A stretch of 64,000 nucleotides of DNA from an uncultured Woeseia sp. (GTDB lineage: Bacteria > Pseudomonadota > Gammaproteobacteria > Steroidobacterales > UBA11654). The position numbers and the translations under genes are program-made. The stretch is taken from NCBI GenBank assembly GCA_964454905.1, contig CAYVTR010000002.1, forward strand, positions 6,803 to 70,802, written 5' to 3'. Shown here piece by piece: positions 1-9,142 of the stretch. The notes under the pieces are model-generated. The model had not been told where the DNA came from. It did no database searches and was given only the letters and a program-made list of their open reading frames with translations. Every line of letters starts with the position of its first letter. The stretch's first letter is position 1.

Positions 1-714
1 TTGATCCAGATTAGCAACAATATTGCCATGAGAGAGCATAACGCCTTTAGATAACCCAGTTGTTGCTCCGGTGTATTGTAAAAAAGCTAAATCATCAATT
101 GAAATTGCCGTTTCATTAAAATCAGCGCTCGGCCTTTTGAGCATGGAGGTAAAACGTAAAGTATTAGAGATGTTGTATCTTGGAACTAATCGTTTGACAT
201 ATTTCATGACAAAATTCATAAATCTGCCTTTGATGGCTCCCTGATAGTCACCGATTTTAGTAATAATTACATGTTCAATTGTGACATTGTCTAAAACGGG
301 TTGAAGAACATGAGCAGAATTTTCGAAAATAACAATAGCTTTTGCACCCGAATCTCTTAACTGATGTTCCAGTTCTCTCGGCGTATAGAGTGGATTAACA
401 TTGACAACAATCAAGCCAGCTCTTAAGGCGCCAAATATTGCCACTGGGTATTGAAGAAGGTTAGGCATCATCATCGCAATTCTATCGCCTTTTCTCAAAC
501 CAAGAACATTCTGCAAATAAGCAGCAAAACTTTTGGAATCTTTAGCGACTTGTTCATATTTCATTGAAACGCCAAAATTAACAAATGCTTCATACGAAGC
601 ATAATCAGTCTCTGCTTGATCCAAAAGTTTAACCAGCGTGCCTCTGGGGTCAAACACTAACTCTTCCGAAGCACCTTCCGGATAATTTTCTAACCAAGGT
701 TTCTTTCTATTCAT
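1..714 (-). CDS. fadD: long-chain-fatty-acid--CoA ligase (AMP-forming), N-terminal 238 codons; the rest lies outside the window
   Basis: The ORF is open to the window edge, with its ATG at 714..712. My translation MNRKKPWLENYPEG...MMPNLLQYPVAIFGALRAGLIVVNVNPLYTPRELEHQL...LAFLQYTGATTGLSKGVMLSHGN is collinear with the E. coli FadD N-terminus and includes the AMP-binding motif. It is absent from the ORF track because it has no stop inside the window. Confidence 0.85.
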   Translation of the reverse strand, partial: MNRKKPWLENYPEGASEELVFDPRGTLVKLLDQAETDYASYEAFVNFGVSMKYEQVAKDSKSFAAYLQNVLGLRKGDRIAMMMPNLLQYPVAIFGALRAGLIVVNVNPLYTPRELEHQLRDSGAKAIVIFENSAHVLQPVLDNVTIEHVIITKIGDYQGAIKGRFMNFVMKYVKRLVPRYNISNTLRFTSMLKRPSADFNETAISIDDLAFLQYTGATTGLSKGVMLSHGNIVANLDQ

Positions 715-830
715 AATCTTCAATGAAATTTTATTATCATTAATCTAACTCAGGGCGATCAATTTTTCACGTTATTAGTTGCATCAAGATGATCAAAAGT
801 TCATTATTTGCTCCTTAGTGGTTAAATGAA

Positions 831-3089
831 ATGGATAAATCTAGATTTCCAAATTTTTATCAAATGCCTATCAAAGAACGAATCGAAGCGGTCTTTGAGA
901 GAGGGCTAATTACTGAAGACGATTACCAGGCATTAAAAAATCAGCAGCAGCAACTAGATATAGATACTGCTGATAAAATGATAGAAAATGTCATTGGCGT
1001 TTTAGGGATACCAATTGGTCTGGGCTTAAATTTTTCTATCAATAAGAAAGACTATATTGTCCCCCTTGCTGTAGAAGAACCTTCAATCGTCGCTGCATTA
1101 AGTTCTGCTGCAAAAATAGCAAGAACAGGTGGCGGTTTTCAAGCAACAAGCACCGACCCCATTCTTACAGGACAAATCCAAGTGGTTAATATTCAAAACA
1201 TAGAACAAGCCAGAAACAATTTGTTATCTCGACAAGAAGAAATACTCAATCTTGCTAATAGTTTTCACCCAAGAATGGTTGCCAGAGGTGGGGGAGCAAT
1301 TAGTTTTAATATAAAAACCTACCCTATGGAATCATTTGATGGTGAGATGCTCATTATTGATTTACATGTCAACACCATGGATGCCATGGGTGCAAATCTA
1401 GTGAATAGCATGTGTGAAGGTGTGTCTTCATTAATTGAAACCATTACCGAAGGTGAGGTGTTTCTCAGAATTTTATCAAATTTAACAGATCAGTCACTTG
1501 CTTCTGCATCAGTAAAAATTCCACTTCAATCCTTAGCGATTGATGGCTATCAAGGTGAGCGAGTAAGAGACGGGATTATCATTGCATCTGATTTTGCACA
1601 CGCAGACCCTTACAGAGCATCCACACATAATAAAGGCATAATGAATGGCATTGATGCATTAGCACTCGCCACGGGTAATGATTGGAGAGCAATCGAAGCC
1701 GGCGCGCATGCATACGCAGCCCGATTAGGCCGATACTCAGCCCTATCGAAGTGGTCAATTGATAATGATGGAGATTTAGTTGGGCACATTGAATTACCTA
1801 TAAAAGTAGGCATTGTTGGAGCTCTAATTGAGTCTAATCCTGCGGTTGCTTTAAATTTAAGAATTCTCAATATCGAATCAGCTACTGAATTGTCTAGTGT
1901 AATGGCGGCTGTGGGCTTAGCACAAAATTTTTCCGCCCTAAAAGCATTGGCAACCGATGGCATACAAAAAGGCCATATGACATTGCATGCAAGATCAGTT
2001 GTAAAAGCAGCTAATACCCCTCATGACCTTTTTGATCAAGTGCTGGAAAAAATTATCTTGAGTGGAGAAATTAAAGTATGGAAGGCTAGAGAAATATTAG
2101 AAAAGTTGCAACATGTACCCCCTAAAGTACCTGCAAAGAAATCAGTTAAACAATCAGTATCTGATTCAATAGAAGGCATTGGACATGGGAAAGTGATTCT
2201 TCTAGGCGAACACTCTGTAGTGTATAACCGACATGCAATTGCTGTTCCAGCACCATTGAATATAAGGGTCAAAATTGAAGACATCAAAGATCAAATCCTC
2301 TTACTTATACCCTCTTGGGGAGTGGAGTATCAATTGGATAAAAACCCTGATAAAAGACAGTCGTTCGAGAAACCAGCAGGTCTTATTTTGGATAAACTTG
2401 GCCTAAATGATCGAGGAATGAAGATAGAAGTCTTTGCTGACATCCCAAGAGGTATGGGTCTTGGTGGGTCTGCTGCCATAGCTGTTGCAATTATTAAAGC
2501 ATTAAACAACCATTTTGATTTAAGGCTTAAGAATGAAGAAATTAATCAAATGGCCTTTGAGTCAGAAAAGATTGCCCATGGAAATCCCAGTGGAATCGAT
2601 AACACCATAGCTACCTTTGGCTTTCCCCTTATATACAGAACTGGAGAAAAACCATTGGTTGAACCTTTGAATATCAATGATCCGTTTTCTTTGGTAGTAG
2701 GCTTCTCAAAAAAAGAAGGTTTGACTGCAACAACAGTAAATAAAGTTAGAGGACTTTGGAAGAGAAACACTAATCTTTTTGAAAAGATTTTTGATGAAAT
2801 TGATGCTTTAGTCATTCAATCAATTCAGGCCATTCAAAATAATGATTTTGAGTTACTTGGTCAGTTAATGAATCTTAATCATGGTTTATTAAATACCCTT
2901 CAAGTCTCAACACCAGAGCTTGAACGACTGGTTATGATTGCTAGAGAGTCTGGTGCATTAGGAGCAAAATTAACTGGTGGTGGTGGTGGCGGAGCAATGA
3001 TTGCATTATGCGACAATGTGACCGAAACTCAAGACGCAATAAAATCAGAAGGGCTTGAAACCCTGACATTCGACATCACGAATTCATGA
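831..3089 (+). CDS. bifunctional class II HMG-CoA reductase / mevalonate kinase (single fused ORF)
   Basis: The N-terminal ~430 aa carry class II HMGR motifs (ENVIGVLGIP, EEPSIVAA, DAMGANLVN, HNKGIMNGIDA). The C-terminal ~300 aa carry GHMP mevalonate kinase motifs (GKVILLGEHSVVY, GMGLGGSAAIAVA, KLTGGGGGGAMIAL). A Pro/Lys/Ser-rich linker joins the two halves. Confidence 0.85.
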   Translation: MDKSRFPNFYQMPIKERIEAVFERGLITEDDYQALKNQQQQLDIDTADKMIENVIGVLGIPIGLGLNFSINKKDYIVPLAVEEPSIVAALSSAAKIARTGGGFQATSTDPILTGQIQVVNIQNIEQARNNLLSRQEEILNLANSFHPRMVARGGGAISFNIKTYPMESFDGEMLIIDLHVNTMDAMGANLVNSMCEGVSSLIETITEGEVFLRILSNLTDQSLASASVKIPLQSLAIDGYQGERVRDGIIIASDFAHADPYRASTHNKGIMNGIDALALATGNDWRAIEAGAHAYAARLGRYSALSKWSIDNDGDLVGHIELPIKVGIVGALIESNPAVALNLRILNIESATELSSVMAAVGLAQNFSALKALATDGIQKGHMTLHARSVVKAANTPHDLFDQVLEKIILSGEIKVWKAREILEKLQHVPPKVPAKKSVKQSVSDSIEGIGHGKVILLGEHSVVYNRHAIAVPAPLNIRVKIEDIKDQILLLIPSWGVEYQLDKNPDKRQSFEKPAGLILDKLGLNDRGMKIEVFADIPRGMGLGGSAAIAVAIIKALNNHFDLRLKNEEINQMAFESEKIAHGNPSGIDNTIATFGFPLIYRTGEKPLVEPLNINDPFSLVVGFSKKEGLTATTVNKVRGLWKRNTNLFEKIFDEIDALVIQSIQAIQNNDFELLGQLMNLNHGLLNTLQVSTPELERLVMIARESGALGAKLTGGGGGGAMIALCDNVTETQDAIKSEGLETLTFDITNS

Positions 3090-3664
3090 CCACAGACAAT
3101 CTACCGTCCGACAACCAAGAAGATATGCTAATACTGGTTGATTCGTCTGACAATGAAATAGGGTTTCTTTCTAAATCAGAGTGTCATATGGGTTCAGGAC
3201 GATTACATCGAGCCTTTTCAGTCTTTATTTTTAACAGTTCAGGAGAAGTTCTTATTCAAAAACGGAGTTCTCACAAAGAACTTTGGGGACTTCACTGGTC
3301 CAATAGCTGTTGCAGTCATCCTAGAAAAAACGAAAACATTGAGAGTGCGGTTAACAGACGCTTAGCAGAAGAATTAACGATTCAATGCCCCGTTCACTTT
3401 CTATACAAATTCACCTATCAAGAACATTTTGAGAACGTCGGAAGTGAGAATGAACTTTGTTATGTTTATGTGGGACTTTTCGATGGTGAAATCAAAGAAA
3501 ATCCCAATGAAGTTGCTGAGTATAAATTTATAAGTCCTAAAAAACTTGATCAAGAGATACAGGCTACCCCTGATAACTTCACACCATGGATGAAAATGGA
3601 GTGGAGCACTATCTTGGACAATTATAAGAGTGATATTGAAAATAAAATTGCTTTAAGGCTTTAG
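3086..3664 (+). CDS. idi: isopentenyl-diphosphate delta-isomerase, type 1 (Nudix)
   Basis: LHRAFSVFIFNSSGEVLIQKRSSHKELWGLHWSNSCCSHP aligns with the E. coli Idi core. The start overlaps the upstream stop (ATGA). Confidence 0.85.
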   Translation: MTTDNLPSDNQEDMLILVDSSDNEIGFLSKSECHMGSGRLHRAFSVFIFNSSGEVLIQKRSSHKELWGLHWSNSCCSHPRKNENIESAVNRRLAEELTIQCPVHFLYKFTYQEHFENVGSENELCYVYVGLFDGEIKENPNEVAEYKFISPKKLDQEIQATPDNFTPWMKMEWSTILDNYKSDIENKIALRL

Positions 3665-3668
3665 ATCA

Positions 3669-5426
3669 TCAGAACTGATCTTCTGTTAAAGTCATGGTCG
3701 AGACTGACCCTGACATTAATGATTTCGAATACGCCTCCACAAGCGGTAAAGATTGCTCGATAAAAAAAGTGGATGAAACAAGTTTTGCCTCATAGAATTC
3801 TACATCTTCAGAGTTTTTAAGATTCTTTATAGCCAATGCTGCTGAACGAGTTGCTATCCATCCCCCGATAAAAGTGCCCATCATCATCAAAAAATTATAA
3901 CTTGCTGAACCCGCTAAGAAAGGATCCTTGGGTTGTTCTTGCAAAATATAATTAAGGGACTTTTCAACCACAGCAATTGAATGAGTCATCGATTCTTTAA
4001 TTAACCGAAGACGTTGCTTATTAGAATCTAGAGCGTTAATCTCTGAGGAAATATCAGCAATCAATTCTCTCAATTCTTGGCCTTGATCTCCAATGACCTT
4101 TCGACCAATCAGATCATTAGCTTGAATGCCAGTGGTGCCTTCATAAATTGAGGTAATTCTGGAATCTCTAAAATGTTGTGCAGCACCGGTTTCTTCTATA
4201 TAACCCATGCCTCCATGTATTTGTAATCCAATGGAGGTGATCTCTTGACAAATTTCACTACACCAGCCTTTTGTTATCGGGGTTAACAAATCAGCCCTTT
4301 TAGAATGCTCTTGGTCGGAGACAGCTAAATCAATTTCTAATGTAGTGACATACACAAACACTCGCATGATTTCTATGTGTGATCTCATCTTTAATAACAT
4401 TCGCCTGACATCAGGATGATGAATAATCGTTGTTCGCCCTTTTTGGCCATGAGCTTCACCTTGAACCCTGTCTTTAGCATAAGTGAGCGCTTGCTGATAG
4501 GCTCGTTCTGCAATAGCCACGCTTTCACAAGCCACCCCAAGTCTTGCATCGTTCATCATCGTAAACATACAAGAGAGACCTTGATTCACTTCACCAACCA
4601 AATAACCTGTTGCACCCTCAAAATTCATAACACAGGTTGCACAACCATGAATGCCAAGCTTATGTTCTATAGACACTGCTTCAAGAGAATTTCTTTCGCC
4701 TAAACTTCTGTCCTCATTCACCAAATACTTAGGCACTAAGAACAAGGAAATACCTTTCACCCCTTCAGGTGCATCAGGCAACCGAGCAAGAACCATGTGG
4801 ATTATGTTCTCAGACAAATCATGCTCACCCCAAGTGATAAATATTTTCTGTCCCGTGATCTTGTAATGGTCACCATTTGGAACAGCGCTGGTGTTTAGTG
4901 CTGAGAGATCAGAACCAGCCTGGGGTTCAGTTAAAACCATGGTTCCTGAATACTCTCCTGCTATGAGTTTCTTTAAAAATAGGTCCTTTAACGATGGCTC
5001 AGCATGAGCTCCAACCGCTCGAACCACTGAATTTGTTAGCAACACTAAATGAGCCCATGAAAAATTGGCTGCCATAACCATTTCATTAACTGGCATGGAC
5101 ACTAAACTCGGTAAGCCTTGCCCTCCAAATTCTGGGTTACAACTTAAAGTGGGCCAACCTCCAGAAACATAAGCCTCATAGGCTTCTTTGTAACCTCTAG
5201 GAACACTAACCTGTCCTTTCTCTAATGAAACACCTATTCGATCCCCATCAACATTTGTTGGCGCTATAACTTCAGATGCAATTTCTGCTGCACTATTGTA
5301 TATGGATGCTAGAAATTCCTTGTTAATCTCTTGATCAAACCCTTCTATATTTTTTAACTGCTCAAGACCGATAAACTGATCCAATGCAAATAGCATATCT
5401 TTGATAGGTGGTTCAAAATGGCTCAT
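3669..5426 (-). CDS. dmdC: large (585 aa) acyl-CoA dehydrogenase of the DmdC type; candidate 3-methylmercaptopropionyl-CoA dehydrogenase
   Basis: Family hallmarks are TEPQAGSDLSAL and GQKIFITWGEHDLSENIIHMVLARLPDAPEGVKGISLFLVPK, plus a long C-terminal extension. The gene starts 1 nt after the dmdA stop. The substrate assignment rests on context only. Confidence 0.65.
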   Translation of the reverse strand: MSHFEPPIKDMLFALDQFIGLEQLKNIEGFDQEINKEFLASIYNSAAEIASEVIAPTNVDGDRIGVSLEKGQVSVPRGYKEAYEAYVSGGWPTLSCNPEFGGQGLPSLVSMPVNEMVMAANFSWAHLVLLTNSVVRAVGAHAEPSLKDLFLKKLIAGEYSGTMVLTEPQAGSDLSALNTSAVPNGDHYKITGQKIFITWGEHDLSENIIHMVLARLPDAPEGVKGISLFLVPKYLVNEDRSLGERNSLEAVSIEHKLGIHGCATCVMNFEGATGYLVGEVNQGLSCMFTMMNDARLGVACESVAIAERAYQQALTYAKDRVQGEAHGQKGRTTIIHHPDVRRMLLKMRSHIEIMRVFVYVTTLEIDLAVSDQEHSKRADLLTPITKGWCSEICQEITSIGLQIHGGMGYIEETGAAQHFRDSRITSIYEGTTGIQANDLIGRKVIGDQGQELRELIADISSEINALDSNKQRLRLIKESMTHSIAVVEKSLNYILQEQPKDPFLAGSASYNFLMMMGTFIGGWIATRSAALAIKNLKNSEDVEFYEAKLVSSTFFIEQSLPLVEAYSKSLMSGSVSTMTLTEDQF

Positions 5427-5427
5427 T

Positions 5428-6552
5428 TTAAGCTCTTTGAAACCATGGAAGATCCACTACAGTGGCTGTTAATTCTTGTTCAGGAGAAGAGATAATTATT
5501 TCACTGCCACTCCTAGCATGTGCAATATCAACAATTATGTAACATATGTTCTTATTTAGTCTTGGTGAATATACTAATGCATGCATAGAGCCAACTTTTT
5601 TATTATCAATTAAAACAGGCCAATGCTCATCGTTAAAAACTGTGATAGGTTTACCTTCTATTTCTGCCCCTATTAGTTTCTTTGCTGGTCCTCGAAGATG
5701 AATCTCCCTAAGTGCCTCTTTGCCAATAAAATCATCTCTTTGATCAAGATCAACCGTCCAGTCTAAGCCAACTTCATAGGGGTTATTTGTTCTGTCCATA
5801 TCTGCCAAATAACTGAGTATTCCGGCTTCAAGCCTGAGTATTATATTTGGTGTGCCTGCACTAATATTTAAATCTTGTCCTGCTTGCCAAAGTATTTCCC
5901 ATAATTCATCACCTTTAGAATGATCTCTAAGAAAGATTTCATAGCACCTTTCCCTACTGTAGCCCATTCTAGCAATAACCATTGGGATGCCTTCATAAGT
6001 TAGTTCCCTGAATTTATAAAAACTCAATTCGCTAACCCAATCACCAAAAACTTCAGACATTAATTTTGTCGAATTGGGTCCTTGAACTTGTAACGGTGAC
6101 ACATCAGGCTCAGTAATTTCGACGTCATAATTATATCCTGCTGCAATACCCTGGGTCCATAATAGAGAATCTCCATCAGCTAAAGAAAACCAATAATGAT
6201 CTTCATCAATTTTTAACATAACCGGGTCGTTAATAAATCCTCCCCTGAAATCTAGAAAAGGAGCATACATCGCCTGGCCTTTAGAACATTTCTTGATGTC
6301 CCTAGGTGTTAAAAATTGGGACAGCGACTCAGCATCAGGACCCTTAATTTCAACTTGACGCTCACAAGCTACATCCCAAAGCTGAACCCCATTAACTAAG
6401 TTGTTGTAATCCTCCAATGTCCCCTTAAAACTGATGGGCATATACATGTGGTTGTAAACCGAAAAAGCGTCCGCACCATATTTCATGGTTGAATCAAAAT
6501 ACGGTGATTTCCTTACTCGAGGACTAAAAACTATTTTCGATGTTTTGTACAT
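5428..6552 (-). CDS. dmdA: GcvT-family aminomethyltransferase; dimethylsulfoniopropionate (DMSP) demethylase-like
   Basis: SPRVRKSPYF...SVYNHMYMP...EDYNNLVNGVQLWDVACERQVEIKGPDA...TPRD...YAPFLDFRGGFINDPVMLK...EPDVSPLQVQGP matches the DmdA pattern as I recall it. I chose the start at Met20 of the track ORF (MYKTSK), which gives 374 aa. Confidence 0.7.
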   Translation of the reverse strand: MYKTSKIVFSPRVRKSPYFDSTMKYGADAFSVYNHMYMPISFKGTLEDYNNLVNGVQLWDVACERQVEIKGPDAESLSQFLTPRDIKKCSKGQAMYAPFLDFRGGFINDPVMLKIDEDHYWFSLADGDSLLWTQGIAAGYNYDVEITEPDVSPLQVQGPNSTKLMSEVFGDWVSELSFYKFRELTYEGIPMVIARMGYSRERCYEIFLRDHSKGDELWEILWQAGQDLNISAGTPNIILRLEAGILSYLADMDRTNNPYEVGLDWTVDLDQRDDFIGKEALREIHLRGPAKKLIGAEIEGKPITVFNDEHWPVLIDNKKVGSMHALVYSPRLNKNICYIIVDIAHARSGSEIIISSPEQELTATVVDLPWFQRA

Positions 6553-6721
6553 AATAAAGTGCAGATAATAATACTGAATAATACATAAGATTTCGAATCT
6601 GATCGGCAATAAATAGGGCTGGACTATTGATCTCCTTTTTATCTAGACTGTAGATGCTTTAAAATCATTAGGAAAAAAAGTTCTAAAAAATAAAGACAAT
6701 ATCGACTGGACAAATTTTATA

Positions 6722-8230
6722 TTGACTGTGCTGGTAACCCTTTCAATATTAATACCTATGTTTGTTGCGCCCATGGCGACGAATCAATTACTCAATCAGG
6801 CCTATGAAATTGTTGCAAGCAATTTAGGTGCGGTCTATTTAGGAATGGGACTGTTGACACTACTGTTTCTGTTAACCCTAGCAATGAGTCGTTTCGGTAA
6901 TATCAAATTGGGTAAAAAAGATGAAGCACCTGAGTACGGAATCTTTGGTTGGTCCTCGATGTTGTTTTGTTGTGGTATAGGTGCTTCTTTGGTTTTATAT
7001 GGGACCACTGAATGGGTGGACTACTATCTAAAACCTCCCTTTGGAGCTGAACCAAAATCTAGTGAAGCGATCGCTTGGGCATCAACCTATGGAATGTTTC
7101 ATTGGGGCATTATTGGTTGGTCTATATATTGTCTTCCAGCGGTAGCCATTGGCTATAGTTATCACACCAGAAACTCAGGTAGTTTAAAAACGAGCACGGG
7201 TTGTGAAGCAATCTTAGGGAATCAAGGAAGCGGCAACCTAGCTAGATTAATAGATCTCGTTTACATGGTTGCACTTGTGGGAGTCTTGGGAGCCGGACTA
7301 GGTCTTACCTCTCCAGTAGTCAGTGCGACTATAACTGAATTCTTTTCAATCGAGCAAAATCTAATCATCACTGTTTCATGCCTCTTGGTTTGTATAGTTA
7401 TCTATTCAATCAGCCTTTATTTTGGTTTGGAAGAAGGCATTCAACGGCTCAGTAAATTCTGTGCCTATATGGCCTTTTTTGTATTGATATACATCTTAAT
7501 ATTTGGACCCACTCTCTTCTTAATAAAAAACTCTTATGAGAGTTTAGTTTTTATGGCCAAAAATTTTATCAGTATGAGTCTTGGTCCGCCACCAATAGGC
7601 AAGTCTGAGTTCTCAAAAGCATGGACAATATTTATGTGGGCATGGTTCTTTGGGTTGGGGCCATTTGTTGGCATCTTTATCGCAAGAATCTCTAGAGGCA
7701 GAACCATTCGTACAATGATACTTGGAACTCTAGGGTACGGAACAATGGGATGCTCATTATTTTTTATGATCATGGGCAATAATGCTATTTATCTTGAAAC
7801 CAATGGAATCATGCCTATCGTCGAGATTTGGAGCAATGAAAGTCCAGCCGTTATGGTCTCTCAAAGTATTTCTGGAATGGTCTTGGGTAAATGGATACTT
7901 CCTTTTGTGGGTGTTTTTTGTCTTGTCTTTATGGCCACAACTTTTGACTCAGGGGCTTATACACTAGCTTCATCGATCACTAAAAAAATGAGAGCTGGAG
8001 AAAATCCAGAAATCTGGAATAGAATATTCTGGGCATTCTTCATTGCCCTACTGCCACTAGCGCTACTAATAGGAGCTGCCGACTCTCCTGAATTACAAGG
8101 AATTGATAAATTAAGACCCTTTCAAACAATTGTGCTTTTAATCTCACCACCGCTGCTGATTGTGTATATAATCATGGCGATTGGATTAATGAAAAGTATT
8201 TTTGAAGACACAAAAACAGAGGATTTATGA
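6722..8230 (+). CDS. BCCT-family (betaine/carnitine/choline) transporter; candidate DMSP/betaine importer
   Basis: It has about 12 hydrophobic segments and the BCCT signature WTIFMWAWFFGLGPFVGIFIARISRGRTIR, plus RFGNIKLG. The start is TTG as given in the track and is uncertain. Confidence 0.85.
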   Translation: MTVLVTLSILIPMFVAPMATNQLLNQAYEIVASNLGAVYLGMGLLTLLFLLTLAMSRFGNIKLGKKDEAPEYGIFGWSSMLFCCGIGASLVLYGTTEWVDYYLKPPFGAEPKSSEAIAWASTYGMFHWGIIGWSIYCLPAVAIGYSYHTRNSGSLKTSTGCEAILGNQGSGNLARLIDLVYMVALVGVLGAGLGLTSPVVSATITEFFSIEQNLIITVSCLLVCIVIYSISLYFGLEEGIQRLSKFCAYMAFFVLIYILIFGPTLFLIKNSYESLVFMAKNFISMSLGPPPIGKSEFSKAWTIFMWAWFFGLGPFVGIFIARISRGRTIRTMILGTLGYGTMGCSLFFMIMGNNAIYLETNGIMPIVEIWSNESPAVMVSQSISGMVLGKWILPFVGVFCLVFMATTFDSGAYTLASSITKKMRAGENPEIWNRIFWAFFIALLPLALLIGAADSPELQGIDKLRPFQTIVLLISPPLLIVYIIMAIGLMKSIFEDTKTEDL

Positions 8231-9135
8231 TTACTAACATAAAAACCCTAGAACAAACTTTACAAGCTAATGAGTTTGCTATTACTGCAGAAATCCCGGC
8301 ACCCATTAGTGCCTCAGCTGCAGAGATGGAAGAAAAAATTGATTTATTAGCAGGTCATGTTCATGCCATCAATGTCACTGATAACCCTGGCGCAACTGCG
8401 CATATGTCAAGCCTTGCTGGTTGCAGCATTGTACGAAATAAAGGGATTGATCCTATTTTTCAGGTGACCTGTAGAGATCGAAACAGGTTAGCTATACAAA
8501 GTGATCTCATGGGAGCATCAGCTCTTGGTGTCAACAATGTTTTAACGTTGGCAGGTGATCCAGTAAAAAATGGGGATCACCCAGATGCAAAGGCTGTTTT
8601 TGATATCAACTCTAAAAAGATTTTATCAATAATGCAGTCAATGAATGATCTTGGCGAAACCATGTCAGGACGAGAACTACAAACCAAATCAAATTTTTTT
8701 CCAGGCGGTGCAGCCATTATCCATGAACCAGAAAATAATTGGAATCCAGTAACTCTCAAAGACAAAGTCGATCATGGGGCTAAATTTATACAAACTCAGT
8801 TTTGTTATGACGTTGATTTACTCAGAGAGTATATGAAACATATTGTTGATTCAGGTTTATCAGAAAAACTTTTCTTTATTATAGGCATCGGGCCTTTGAG
8901 AAGTGATAAATCAGCAAAATGGATGAGAGATAGGCTATTTGGAACCGTCATACCAGAAAGCATTGTTCAAAGGATGGAGCAGTCAGAAAATCAAATTGAG
9001 GAAGGCGTTGCTATTTGTGCTGAACTTATTAATCAATTTGAAGAAATTGATGGAGTCCATGGTGCCCACCTCATGGCCCCTAGAAATCTTTCTGCAATTG
9101 CACCAACTGTCAAACAGGCAGGGATAAAGATATAA
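8227..9135 (+). CDS. methylenetetrahydrofolate reductase, non-canonical (acetogen/actinobacterial-like MetF, COG0685)
   Basis: NVTDNPGATAHMSSLAGCSIV...FQVTCRDRNRLAIQSDLMGASALGVNNVLTLAGDPVKNGDHPDAKAVFDI is typical of this MetF subtype. The ATG overlaps the BCCT stop (ATGA). Confidence 0.75.
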   Translation: MITNIKTLEQTLQANEFAITAEIPAPISASAAEMEEKIDLLAGHVHAINVTDNPGATAHMSSLAGCSIVRNKGIDPIFQVTCRDRNRLAIQSDLMGASALGVNNVLTLAGDPVKNGDHPDAKAVFDINSKKILSIMQSMNDLGETMSGRELQTKSNFFPGGAAIIHEPENNWNPVTLKDKVDHGAKFIQTQFCYDVDLLREYMKHIVDSGLSEKLFFIIGIGPLRSDKSAKWMRDRLFGTVIPESIVQRMEQSENQIEEGVAICAELINQFEEIDGVHGAHLMAPRNLSAIAPTVKQAGIKI

Positions 9136-9142
9136 TTAGATT

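Noticed and set aside
6553-6609. A 19-codon N-terminal extension of the dmdA-like ORF in the track.
   Set aside because: The extension (MPIRFEILCIIQYYYLHFI) is hydrophobic junk with no counterpart in GcvT/DmdA proteins. The internal Met gives the family-typical length.
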